DNA of 64,000 nucleotides from Azolla caroliniana. Lineage: Eukaryota; Plantae; Polypodiophyta. The notes under the pieces are model-generated. The model worked only from the letters and a program-made list of their open reading frames with translations, did no database searches and was not told the origin of the DNA. The position numbers and the translations under genes were made by a program. This document shows, piece by piece, positions 12,913 to 24,708 of the stretch; position 1 is the first letter of the stretch; each line of letters begins with the position of its first letter. Location: contig JBHGNT010000004.1 in assembly GCA_043228905.1 (NCBI GenBank), positions 5,456,001 through 5,520,000 of the forward strand, in the 5' to 3' direction.

Positions 12913-13839
12913 GACGAAGAACAGAGTAGTAACCCACTGAGAGAGAAAAGAACAGAGTATATACACACACACTCTCTCTCTCTCTCTCCTCTGTCTATTT
13001 TCTTCTTTATTTAAATGCTCCTTCTAATTAGCAGGAGGATTAGTGAAGCATTTGTTCCTTAATCATAGTAATTAGCCCTCACATAGTGATTAGCCCTCTC
13101 CTAAACACCACCCCCCCCAACCAACCAACCAAATAGTTTTCCGATAACTCATTGGCCCGCTAATCGCAGCCCCCATCCATCCGGATCTTGAATTCGTGCA
13201 TATTGTTTGTCTCTTTGTTCGATTATCATCATCCTCCCGCCCCACTGTGTTTAGCCTCCTTAATGCTTTCGACCATCCTATCTCATTCTTGTTACACCCA
13301 TTTCTCACTAACCTTCTCTAGAGTGTCGAGATCCAATCCACCATTCAATCCTAACCCTCTGTTTAGTGTCGTGGATTAGGGGGTTTTAACCAAACATCAA
13401 TCGTAACAACTATTTATGGAGTAGATTTTGTCCCATGCTTTTCGCGAGCTCTTCATATCACGTTATCTGGGCCTTAATAAGCCTAGGGTTCACAACTTTT
13501 TGCTACTTTCAAGTATCTCTCCATAATAACCTAGTCAACATCCATAGAGAAAGAATTGATGATAAGCTCTAATCAATCCTAGGGAGTGATTTGAAAAGTA
13601 AAATGTCTTAGGAGGTACTACTTGCCCCCACGAGTTAGAAATCCATATTACATGGGATAAGAGAATCCAAAGCTTCTTTCATCCTTTTCGCCTTCCACTA
13701 GACCCCTCCTCTCCCCCCTTGATTTTCATCCCCCTAGACATTATTTCATGCTCCTTACCCTTTGTGTATTGACCGGAACTCTTGTGTAGTTAGGCTTATT
13801 GAAGCTATTGTTTTGTATCTAGATCTTTAGTGTGTTCCT

Positions 13840-13841
<2 letters not shown>

Positions 13842-13881
<40 letters not shown>

Positions 13882-13897
13882 CTCTCTCTCTCTCTCT
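13842..13897. repeat. Compound (TG)n(CT)n microsatellite
   Basis: Directly visible. Confidence 0.9.
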
Positions 13898-14835
13898 ATC
13901 ATATTTAACCTCTTTGTTCTACAATGCTAGCTAGACATGCATAAAGTTAATTTTAAATCATGCTTATCGTCATGATTAGATGACCATTAAGAGAGGTGTG
14001 ACTTCCCACAAATTCTCAACCCTTGATTGTTAAGCTTAGACTTGTGTCCCAAAGCTCAACATAGCCCAATCAAATGGTCACCCTCCTTCACTTTATTGTT
14101 ATAAGGTCCAACATGTTAGTTCATAGATCCACGTCTCACTATCTTTTAATTGTTTAATGAGTGGATGTGTTAGATGTAACTAAACTATCCCACACATTTC
14201 ATGAAATATATAAAGAATATTTTTTATTTGTTATGCTTATTAGTCTAAGTTCAAGGCTCAATTATCACACATCTTTGTCCTCTAATCTTTTAGATGTAAT
14301 TGTGGAATCTCTCTCCTCTCTCTCTCTCTCTCATCGTAGGTAAGTTGTTAGACTACTAGTCCTAGGTCTTGGGTTAGAGACCAAATTTTTCTCATATAAT
14401 TCCTATTACCATCTCTTTCTCTCTCCCATGGTAAGTTGTTAGACTTCTAACACTACAAACCCAAATTTCTCACCTCTCTATTAATCCATACATATATCAT
14501 AATTTTATTAGATGCCCCTACGGAATGTAGGGGTTGTCTCCATTGGATACATCTATTTGGGTTCTCTCTTATTTTTTATTATAATTAACTTATTCCTAAC
14601 TAATGGTATGTTATTAGACTAACAAGCTATTAAAACTACATCTTGGGTTCGGAACCTAATTTTCTCAACTCTCTATTACTCCATAGAAATCCTTCATTTA
14701 CTAAATGCCAACATGGAATGTAGGGGTTGAACCTGTGACCTTTTGCTCTCCATTAGGCAACCTTACCAACTAACCTACATCCAATTGGGCAATTGATGCC
14801 CTCCCCCCCTTGCCCCTTCTCTCTCTCTCTCCCCG

Positions 14836-16661
14836 ACTATCTCCGACTCTTTTTGGGATCTACATTGATGAGATCACAGATTTTATTGCTCGTAAGGGAG
14901 GCAATGGAGTAGTCCTTGGGGATACGCAGGTGTGTATCCTGCTCTATGCAGACGACATAGTTTTGCTCTCTTAATCTGAACACGACCTACAAAGGCACCT
15001 TAATGCCTTAGATGACTTTTGCATACAACGAGGATTGGTAGTGAATCTAGGGAAAACTAAAGTCCTTATCTTCCACACATCAGGCCTAGTTAGAGCTAAG
15101 TGTCACCTAACTATCTCCCATAGCCCAGTTGAGGTGGTTGGATCATATGTCTATCTCGAAGTCACTTTCAATGCCCACTCAGGTAATTTTCGATGACACA
15201 GCAACGAAGGATAGACTTACGAGAGGACATGCATCCCTCTTAGTCCTCGAGAGACAATGCCATCAAGCATACTTCCAAGAGCCACGAACTAAAGGGTGGC
15301 TCTTTGACTCATTAGTGACTCCCTCTCTCATGTATGCATCAACGGTTTGGGCTCCAGGACTACCATCTTTCATGTGGACACAATTAGAGAGATCATTGGT
15401 GATGATGTTATCACACCAACTACGAAGCAAATCGTCGATCCCACATGACATTATTAGGGTCGAGTTCGCTCTACCCCTAATGTTAGTAGAAGCACTTTTT
15501 CAACTTGTAGTCTTTATCCATAGGATACATAACCAACCACTTGATAGAATATCCCATCAAGCCTTTAAGGCTTCTCGAGCATTGTATGAGTCCGACTATA
15601 CTAGCTCATGGTATGGCATGATGGTGAGTTGGCTTCTTGCAAACGGTCTAGACATTAATAACCTCCCCCCCCTTAAGTACGACCACGCGACTGATAAGAC
15701 TTTAATCTCTCATGAAGACCGTAATAAAGTAATACACCAAGAAATATGGCAAATTTATACTCGGTATACATGGATCACCCCACTAGAGTCACTCCCATCT
15801 AAAATGTTGTACTATAAGGAACACTTCATGCACTTCTCTAAGTTAGGTTTTATTGCGCGGCCAAGATATCTAGATGTATTCTTACCACATGCACTAAGGG
15901 TTGCCATTGGTCAACTTAGAATATCATCTCACCGACTTGAGATTGAGAATGGACATACTAATGGAGTCCCTAGGGAGGAAAGGATATGTAGGTTATGCCA
16001 CGTAAAGATAGAGGATGAGTACCATTTTACATGCAAATGTCCCACCTATGCCAAGATAAGGGCAAAATACCAAGACATACTTGGTTCCTCTCCCACCCTC
16101 CCTAAACTATTAGATACACTAGATATAAAGAAATTAGGCCGATATATCTTAGAATTGAAACAACACGGAGAGAATAAGTTACAAAACGTTGATAATAATG
16201 TTGCTAATGTTTACCAACATGTAACAAATGAAGTTGTTCAAGAACATGGGGAGACAATGAATGTCGACACACTTGCACCACTCGGGCTTTTCCTTGATGA
16301 AGCAAAAAAACAAAGAAGAACCAAACGCCCTCGGATGTCAGGTTTCAAAGCAACCCGGCGAGATGTCGAAGCAATAAAGAAAATAAGGGAACGTGAGCTA
16401 CACCGCCTAGAAGCCATGGCGGGGGCACTCTATACACCGGGACCATGGGTCACACCCACACCAAAAACCTTTGACCTCCCACTTCTTTTTGAGAGACTTG
16501 GGTGGAAATGAAATTAGGCTTAGTGCAAAGTTTTGTACACTACTAGAACTCTTTTAGCTTAAGCTATTTTCTTTTATTTTAGTTTTGATGATTGGATAAA
16601 CACTCATTTTTGTTGTAAACCAACACTCTCATGGGCCAATTTTGGCCTCAGAAGACGTTAA

Positions 16662-16725
<64 letters not shown>
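14836..16725 (+). mobile_element. 5'-truncated RTE-X-like non-LTR retrotransposon, copy 1
   Basis: LSPTLFGIYID and LLYADDIVLL RT motifs. C-terminal RISSHRLEIE..REERICRLC...EDEYHFTCKCP zinc finger in ORF 15129-16511. The 3' UTR ends in (CT)n at 16665-16725. Confidence 0.9.
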
Positions 16726-16729
<4 letters not shown>

Positions 16730-18387
16730 AAAACCACAACTATAATAATAAATGTGTGTGAAAACCACTACTTACAATGGGTGTCACAATGGAATATGTT
16801 CAGCCACTACACTACACATTTGGTGGAACATGTTAAATTTCCAATATGCAAGACAAACACTCCATTAAGGAAAGAATTTCTACTTACTCCAATAAAGAAA
16901 TTTGCCACATTAGCATTCCATTTAACTTTCGCAAATATGCTTTGACCCCCATGCCTACCATCAAATACAAAAGCATTGTGTATATCCCAATTATTACACA
17001 ATCCTCAATACCTCAAAAATAGGAAAACGGACACCATCTCTGAATTGTGCAAACACCCATTGTCTTGGGGTCAAATAACATCATGACAAAACTTGCCAAA
17101 TTTGAGAAATGTAACTTCAAATCTAACAAGCAAGCGGACATTGTATGAAATGATGAATACTATTGTCCATTTGAACAATGCAAAAGAAGTAGTTGCTCGT
17201 TGGTACTCCACATTGCTTAGAGTTAATCCCAAAGGCAAGCCCCCAATCAAAACTCTCCAAATGAAGACCTTCTCTACAAATGGCAATTTAGAATGCCAAC
17301 TATATGTTTAGATCTTTCACCATCCATAATCAGAGTACTTTCCATTATTGTTAAGCCTTTAGATGATAGCCATCAAAGAGATCTCAATGGAGCAATGTTG
17401 CAAGAGATTAGTAGTTGCTTGTAAAAACAATGTCTTACCCCGTAAACATCAACCAATTCATGGTTGCTTTTCTAATTGTAGAGATGGACCTTGCATCAAT
17501 ACAATACATTGCAGGTATCGCTAGATAAACCGTTAGAATCTTAATTAACGTTAAGCAAAATCAAAGAGGAAAATAAGGAAGAAAAGGGTCCAGTCTACCC
17601 AACCACCCCCTAACAGAGGTGAGATGAATCTAAGTCCATTGTGTGTTTCCATACCACCGTTTACAAATATGGATCATACCTTGGGTTTGAAGAAGAAAGA
17701 GGCACATGTGTATGAAGCTAAAGCTTTACCACACTATCAGAGTCTCTATCTCATAACATAAAACAAAAGAGATTCCCCATCACAAAGGTAACTAGCCTTC
17801 TTATATAGGCTCAAACACTACGCCCTTGTTCGTGTTTCCCACTTGGTTGCTTTTTATTATAAAAAGCAGCCATGTGATAAACATTCTAAATTTATCTCCC
17901 ACTGTAGGATTGAGATAACTCAATCGTCGCCCTTTATCCTTATGCATTACCCCACAACAACGGTTACGATTATGCTGGTAACACAAACCCATAATTGGGT
18001 GGCCTGCATGATAATTGTTGTGCTTCAAAAAACTCCAAAATTCTTTGAGATCAAGCCTCAACTATACCTCCCACCTCTTTAACCCCCAAGAGAAACAAGC
18101 AATTGAACTTAGAGCACAATTTTTCCTTTCCATGCCAAAAAATAATAACCGAGAAGACGTAACCAGGTGTTTTTGCAAAGAATTACAAGGGTCTCTACTA
18201 GATGATGGTTTCAATACAAATAACGGAAGTGGTTCTTGCAATGAGACAACCGTGTTGAACACATGAAGAGCAAGGAATCCTAAGGGAAATACATCTGTTT
18301 AATGATTGCCACCACGAAGCCCTAATGGTTGTCCTCCCATGTGTTATTGTCAATGAAATATTGAACAATAGATATACATGGTTGTAA
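16726..18387 (-). mobile_element. 5'-truncated L1-type LINE (family B), copy 1
   Basis: KVFIWRVLIGGLPLG zf-RVT region. Its 3' end (CGGTGAAAAC on +) matches the copy at 36643. Interrupted by a solo LTR. Confidence 0.8.
17531..17983 (-). mobile_element. Solo LTR inserted in the L1 copy
   Basis: 453 bp absent from the homologous L1 copy at ~37480. Termini (C/T)GTTA...TAACA, near-TSD TAAAC/CAAAC, and a minus-strand TATA (CTATATAAG) at ~17800. Confidence 0.7.
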
Positions 18388-18397
18388 CTCTCTCTCT

Positions 18398-19480
18398 TGT
18401 AAAAGCACACAGTTAGTGTATGTAAAATCCACTTGTTACAACTTCTAAGTCTTCTCTACCTACCTATGTAGGGAGAAGGACATCTTGTAAAACCATTATA
18501 AAACTTGAATATGCACCTGAGGGAATAATCCCCACATTCTCTAACATGCAAAAATTCCACATGAGAATGCCTTTCGACTTCTTCAAATAGGCTTTCACCC
18601 TATGTCTACTATCAAATATGAAAGCATTACACATATTCCAATTGTGTTGCAATCTTCAATATCGGAAAAATCAGAACAATATCTCTAGCTCATCATTTGG
18701 ACCATTTTGAACATACTAAGCAAAACCCCATTGTTGAGGCTTCAAATAACAATGGGTTAAAACTTGCCAAATATCTAATAAGTACTTCTAAATGTCAACC
18801 ATGTTGCAATATTCGCCACCACCTTACATTTGACTTACATACATTCCACATCTTTTTTTAGGTGATAGCCAATATAATGGTGCCATTGCGTGATGATACA
18901 ATATATTTGTAGTGACTTGTAACAAGCATGTACCATCATTTAACTGCCAATTCACCCAAGGTGCAACATTTGTTTTCATTGGCAATGATCCATGCAACAA
19001 TGGTATATCTTGCAATTTCTCCAAAATAAATCCATAATTTGGGGGAATACATTACCATCGTTTTGCGTCTTCAATTTCTAACAACCATTGAGGTTATTTA
19101 TTAACCACATCTCCCAAGTCTACAACCCCCAATCTAAATAAAAGATTAAATCGATGTCTCAACTTCTCTTTGAGGACACTATGTGAATGAAACAATCCAG
19201 AAGTAACGAGCAATCCAGAAGACACTATATTTGTAATGAATTACTAAGTTCTCTATTTCTTGATGGTGCCCACTCAAGAAAAGATAATGCATCTTGCCAT
19301 GACCTTACCAATTGTTGCGCACATCTATAATGTTGAATCTTTAGAGGGATACTTCCATTCAATAATGGCCACAATGATGCTTCAATCTTATTTTCCCATG
19401 CACGAACCCTTTCATGCTCAATAAAATATTGCATCATAGATACCCATATTATTATATTTTTTACCACTAATCCCTTGGAC
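18398..19480 (-). mobile_element. Second, diverged L1-type LINE 3' remnant in tandem
   Basis: 3' region is similar to 16850-17120 and starts right after a short (CT)n. Confidence 0.55.
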
Positions 19481-20869
19481 TAAGAAGGTATTACAAACAT
19501 TGGTGCAACCTCTTCGGTTCATGTTGTGGTAGAATGGAGAAACCACGACAGTTACATGGATTTCATGGGATGAAATGCATTTGATGGCTCATAGATTTGC
19601 ATTATCACTAGATTTGTGTCAACAAGATCTGTGTGTGTATGTGTGTGCATGCACTTGTTGGATTGGTTGTTTACATCGTAGCATTGAAGTTATAAATTTG
19701 AGAGAACCTAAGTTTGATCCTCACAATGGGCTAGGTCCCACCTCATAGATCGTAATTGATCTCCCATACATGTTAAAAGGATAAATAGGTGTGATTGTAT
19801 TTAACCATACCTTATAACCAACATGAATCTAAATACTTGATGAACCCTTAAGCTAATTCACACTCGATCACAAAAGTGAGGTATCGAATGTTGCATCATG
19901 GCATCAAAATACATCATGTATGATGATATATAAGGTATGTAGTGAAGAAATAGTAGAGGATGAATGCCACTTGCTTTATACATGATCGATATATAGTGTG
20001 ATGTGTGAGACAGTTGATGACATATTAAGAGGGTGAAATAACTTGGGTCCCATATTTAAAGCACAACATAGAAGGTTGAACTTGTATATGAAAGCATTTA
20101 CAAATAGACATTTTTTTCTCCAAAACATGAACATTCCTTCTTAGGAAGAAGTGCATCAAGACAAAGGGTGAAGATTTACCTCTTTGACGACACTAAGATC
20201 TCTCTATCTTTAATTTTTTTATTGTAAATACCTTACCCTGGCGGTAATTCATTACACTACTAACACTGTCTTGGGTTTGAAACCCAATTTTCTCATCTCT
20301 CTATTACTCCATAGATATCTCTCTCTCTCACACACACACACAATTATATTAGTTGCATGTAAAAATCACCATTATAATCATTTTTACCTCTCTATTAAAG
20401 TAGAGAAACATTGTGTGTGTGAAAGTAGAGGATTAAATAGTATTGTCAAGCACAATTTCAAAGGGCTTTGGGATTTGGGATGGATCAACATGACCAAATT
20501 TGGCTTCTCTTGAGATCCTTATTGTTTTGGTCTCATATGACGCCATGACATGTTTAGTTATCTTAACACTTTCTCAGTCAATCACGCACCTCACAATGCC
20601 CATATTTTGATGGACCTTGAGGATTTGGGCTCATGCAGTCTACCAAGATGACCCACCCCTCTCTTCACATATTTAAAAACATCCATAATTGCAACACTTC
20701 TTAATGTTATTGCTTCTACTAAATTTGGTGCCCTCCTCATTTGAAGAAAAGACATATGTGGTCCAATTACTAGTAGTCAAAGCCAAAGTTTGGGATGCCC
20801 ATAAACCCTTGTTTGCAAAGTCTTATATGTCGAACAGATATGCATGGAAGAACGTGCGAGGACCTGTTA

Positions 20870-22420
20870 GTTTGTGAACAACAAACAACACATATATGCA
20901 TCACAAGAAGAAACAATAGATCGACAGATATTGGAGCTTCAATGGAAGTTCTTGTCATTCTATAGTTCTCTCTCTACAAGACTCAAGATATAATATCGCA
21001 CGTGTTACAACGTTAGGTTGGAGCTTATATACTAAGCCCTAACTATTTGGACGTGTTCACACTTATGGATACCAAGTGGAAGGAGTCGGCCTTTTATGCC
21101 AACAAACTTCCCCGTAAATGGACTACTCTTTCTACATCTAATTGTATGGGGTTATCTCCCCCGTAAACCTAGATTACATTTTAATCTAAAGTTATGGTTA
21201 CAAGTCAATCGGCATATAGCCGAGTCGGCAAAGATAAAGTTGGTATCTAGCCTGATTCGGCTAATGATCCGGGTCGGCTTGTTTGAGTTGTTCGGATCAA
21301 CTTACCTTCTGCTCCTTGTTCGACTTTCTTCTGTTCGGTCGCTTGTTGTAGTCCCATCTTTGTCCTTAGTGCTCCGAAGCATTGATCTGGGAGTGGCTTC
21401 GTCAGACAATCGGTGATGTTCCCCTCAATGTCAATCTCTCGAACTTTGAGCTTTTTCTCGATTACAAGCTCCCAAATATGATGATACCGCACCTCAATAT
21501 GCTTCGTCTTCACATGATAGATAGGATTATTGATGAGGTGTATCACGCTCTGTGAGTCGCAGTAGATTGTTGGCGCCGGTCGGTCGATTCGACTTGTCAT
21601 TAAGAAATCGTCTAACAGTCGTGCAACCAGATGGCGTCCTTCATTGCTTCTGATGCTGTTATGTACTCTGCCTCTGTGGTAGACGGGGTTGTGCACTCTT
21701 GTAGCTTCGACCTCCATGATATGGCACCACCACCATAGGTGAAGATGTAGCCTAATGTCGACTTTTGATTGTCCGAATTCCTGGCGTAGTCAGAGTCGGT
21801 GTAGCCTTCAACTTCGGTCGGATTTGCTGATCTAAAAGTCAGTTGTGCATCTTCGGTCCCTCTTAGGTATCTGAAGATGTGCTTGACGGCTTCCCAATGC
21901 TTCCGTCTTGGATTCGACATGTACTGGCTAATGACTCCTACAACATATTCTTGCCCGACACATACTAGCCATGAGGATCGAGCGAAATCAGATGACGAAG
22001 ACTCTCCAACTACATCCGAAAGGTGCTCATGCACTTCAACATGAAGAACCCTTTCGTGACGAACTGAGCTTTGTATTTGGGCTCTTCCGAATCAGATACA
22101 TATTTGTACCCAAAGACCCATTTGCAGGGTAGCAGCTTCCTTCCTGACATTAGTGGTTCAACAATTGACCGACAGAGCCGATTGAAGGATTCAAGCCGAT
22201 CACTTGGGCACCCAAGAGATCCAGACGTGTTCGAAGGCCAACAGAGTTCTATCAACCAGGCCTTGACTACGTCAACTACATAGATGCATGCAAAGCAAGC
22301 ACATACGCAGAAGCTATAGTTGCACCGGACGTCGATACATGGCTATTAAGCTCCAACCTACCATTGCAATGCATGCGATCTTGTATCTTGAGTCTTGTAG
22401 AGAGAGAGCCATTATGTAAG
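20870..22420 (-). mobile_element. Rearranged Ty1/copia remnant (RT/RNase H, LTR pieces)
   Basis: LPCKWVF..KYKAQFVTKGF, YTDSD..STLGY..ISWRSKLQ..STTEAEY, IYCDSQS..KHIEVRYH and ITDCLTKPL, with a PPT-like GGGGGAGAT at ~21160. Segment 22143-22415 is in the opposite orientation. Confidence 0.8.
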
Positions 22421-22680
22421 GAGTCATTTAGCTGTAATTGTAAAGTCCGGCCCAATTTAGTGTTGTACTCGAAGAAATGACGGAATATGCCGTCATGTTT
22501 CCACCTAAAATCCTATGGGTCCCACTCTAGTTCGACGAGGGGATGACAACAGTATACCAATAACTTCCAATGGGGTTCCACCTTAGCAACATCCGGGTCT
22601 ATCTTCCAAATGTTATTTTTAACCTGTGCCCCAACTCGGATTGGGTGCCAAGAGCCCCTACTCTATGTCATGATATGGCA

Positions 22681-22735
22681 AGACTCGAACCCATGACCTT
22701 ATGTTACATGGGTCGAGCTCTTGACCATTAGACTA
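22681..22735 (-). promoter_or_regulatory. tRNA-like Pol III A/B boxes at the 5' edge of the LTR (also 36306-36360)
   Basis: Minus strand reads TAGTC(T/C)AATGG, then 33 nt, then GGTTCGAGTCT. The spacing matches a tRNA gene, and the motif is present in both LTRs. Confidence 0.55.
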
Positions 22736-22849
22736 TATGTTATAATACATAGAATATTATTTTCATTTAAATTTTACTATAGAAAATTGATGTATATTCC
22801 AGATTTCTCTGGAACATTCTAGAAACTTTAGGAGTACTCTTGAGAACAC

Positions 22850-22894
22850 TATAAAAGGAGGCACAAGACATTATTTCGAACCAAATCGGTTCAA
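22850..22894 (+). promoter_or_regulatory. LTR TATA box and predicted transcript 5' end (self-primer)
   Basis: TATAAAA at 22850. AAATCGGTTCAA at 22883-22894 is the exact complement of TTGAACCGATTT at 30392-30403. Confidence 0.7.
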
Positions 22895-24708
22895 CGCCAG
22901 TCTTAAGCCTCCTAGCTAATATTGTATATTCCCTTAACATAATATATATCTTTTGTTATCCTCATTCTCTCCTAGCTCAGCGACTATATGGAAACGTTAA
23001 GTCTTCACGCACCCTGAGCAGGTTGGCTTTAGACAAGCCTTCTCCACTATTGACCATAGCTTCACACTTAGGTGCTTAATTGACCAGACGAAGGCTCGTA
23101 AGAAGAAACTATATTGTTGCTTTGTGGACTTCCGCAAAGCCTTTGACACGGTTCCTAGGGAGAGGTTGTTTGATAGACTTTAGAGCTTGGAGATACCAAA
23201 TGACATGATCTGGGCCATTTATGCCTTGTATGAGTAAGTCTCTGGGTGCATAGATGCCCAAGTGGCCTATCCGATTGTTTCACTAGCACCATTGGTGTAA
23301 AACAGGGTTGCCCATTGTCACCGACTCTTTCTGGGATCTACATTGATGAGATCACTGATTTTATTGCTTGAAAGGGAGGCAAGGGAGTAGTTATTGGGGA
23401 TACGCAAGTTAGTCTCTTACTCTACGCAGACGACATTGTCTTGCTCTCGGAGTCGGAACACGACCTACAAAAGCATCTTAATGCCTTAGATGACTTTTGT
23501 ACACAACGAGGACTGGTAGTGAATCTAACGAAAACTAAAGTCCTTATCTTTCATACATCGTCCCAAGTTAGGAGTAAATGTCACCCAACCCTCTCTCATA
23601 AACTAGTTGAGGTAGTGGTATCATATGTATACTTGGGAGTCACTTTTAGTGCTCACTCAGGTAAATTCTCGATGACCCAGGCAGCCAAAGATAGGCTAAC
23701 GAGAGGGTATGCATCTCTCTCTCTTAGAGAGACAATGCTAGCAGGCATACTTTCAAGAGCCACAGACTAAGGGATGGCTCTTCGACTCATTAGTGATCCC
23801 TTCCCTCATGTATGCATCAATAGTATGGGTTCCAGGTCTACCATCCTTCATGTGGACGCAATTAGAGAGACCTTTGGTGACGATGTTATCACGTTGTCGT
23901 GAATATTTTCGTCCACGAGCAGAAACCTGAGCAACGAGAGCCAAAGAGCGATGTGCAACGTTGCACATGTACATAATGTATTTGTAATAATAATAGGGGA
24001 AAAGGGTATGGTGCTAGAAATGCCCCATAAGATCCCTAAGGTATAAAGGCGATGCGGTCTTGTGCGCACATCCATGCGCGAGAGAGAGAGAGGTACTACA
24101 TAGGTACCTAGTTGTTTGTGAGGAGGTGGGAGTTAAGGGGCCATCAATCTCACCCTCCCCCAAATCAAGGCAAATATCCCCTTTGAATGAAAGGGGATAT
24201 TTTAGTCTCGTTTTTGTAAACGGTCTTCCCCTCCTTGTGCTATAAAAGGAGAGGGAAGGCACCATTGTGAGGGTTGCCTATTTTGAGTGTGCGAGGTATA
24301 CCACATAGGTCGAGCGTTAGGGTTAGGGTTTCGAGTAGTCGTTTGGTGCGGCCTATGCGGCCACCATTTTGTAATCGTTCATTTCGTTTTAATACATCTG
24401 GTTGTTCATCTTGTCTCCATCTTCCTCTTGTTCATTCTTCTTCTTCTTGAGCAAAGCTTCCATTCCGTGTCCGATTCCTTCTCCTCTACTCCTTAGTCCA
24501 AGACCCCCGTGGTCCCGCCCTTCTCCACGCACGCGCGTAGCAACGCGACATCTTTGGTGAACCCGACATGAAGAGGCGGCAAGGGAGGAAGGAGATGGAA
24601 GCCGGAGACATCGCGGAAGTAATTACGAGAATGGCAAGGGATTTCGCAAGAAGGAGAGAAAGACGGGAAGAGGCGTACAAGTACGATTGACGCGAGTTCA
24701 ATCTATGG

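Noticed and set aside
12613-13014. ORFs with SLSLSL/ERERER runs
   Set aside because: Translations of microsatellites.
14712-14790. Functional tRNA gene
   Set aside because: The anticodon arm and stems are degenerate, and it is part of a dispersed repeat.
24315-24332. TTAGGGTTAGGGTTT as a telomeric remnant
   Set aside because: Only two units. It is a telo-box-like motif within the family C LTR (also at ~28722).
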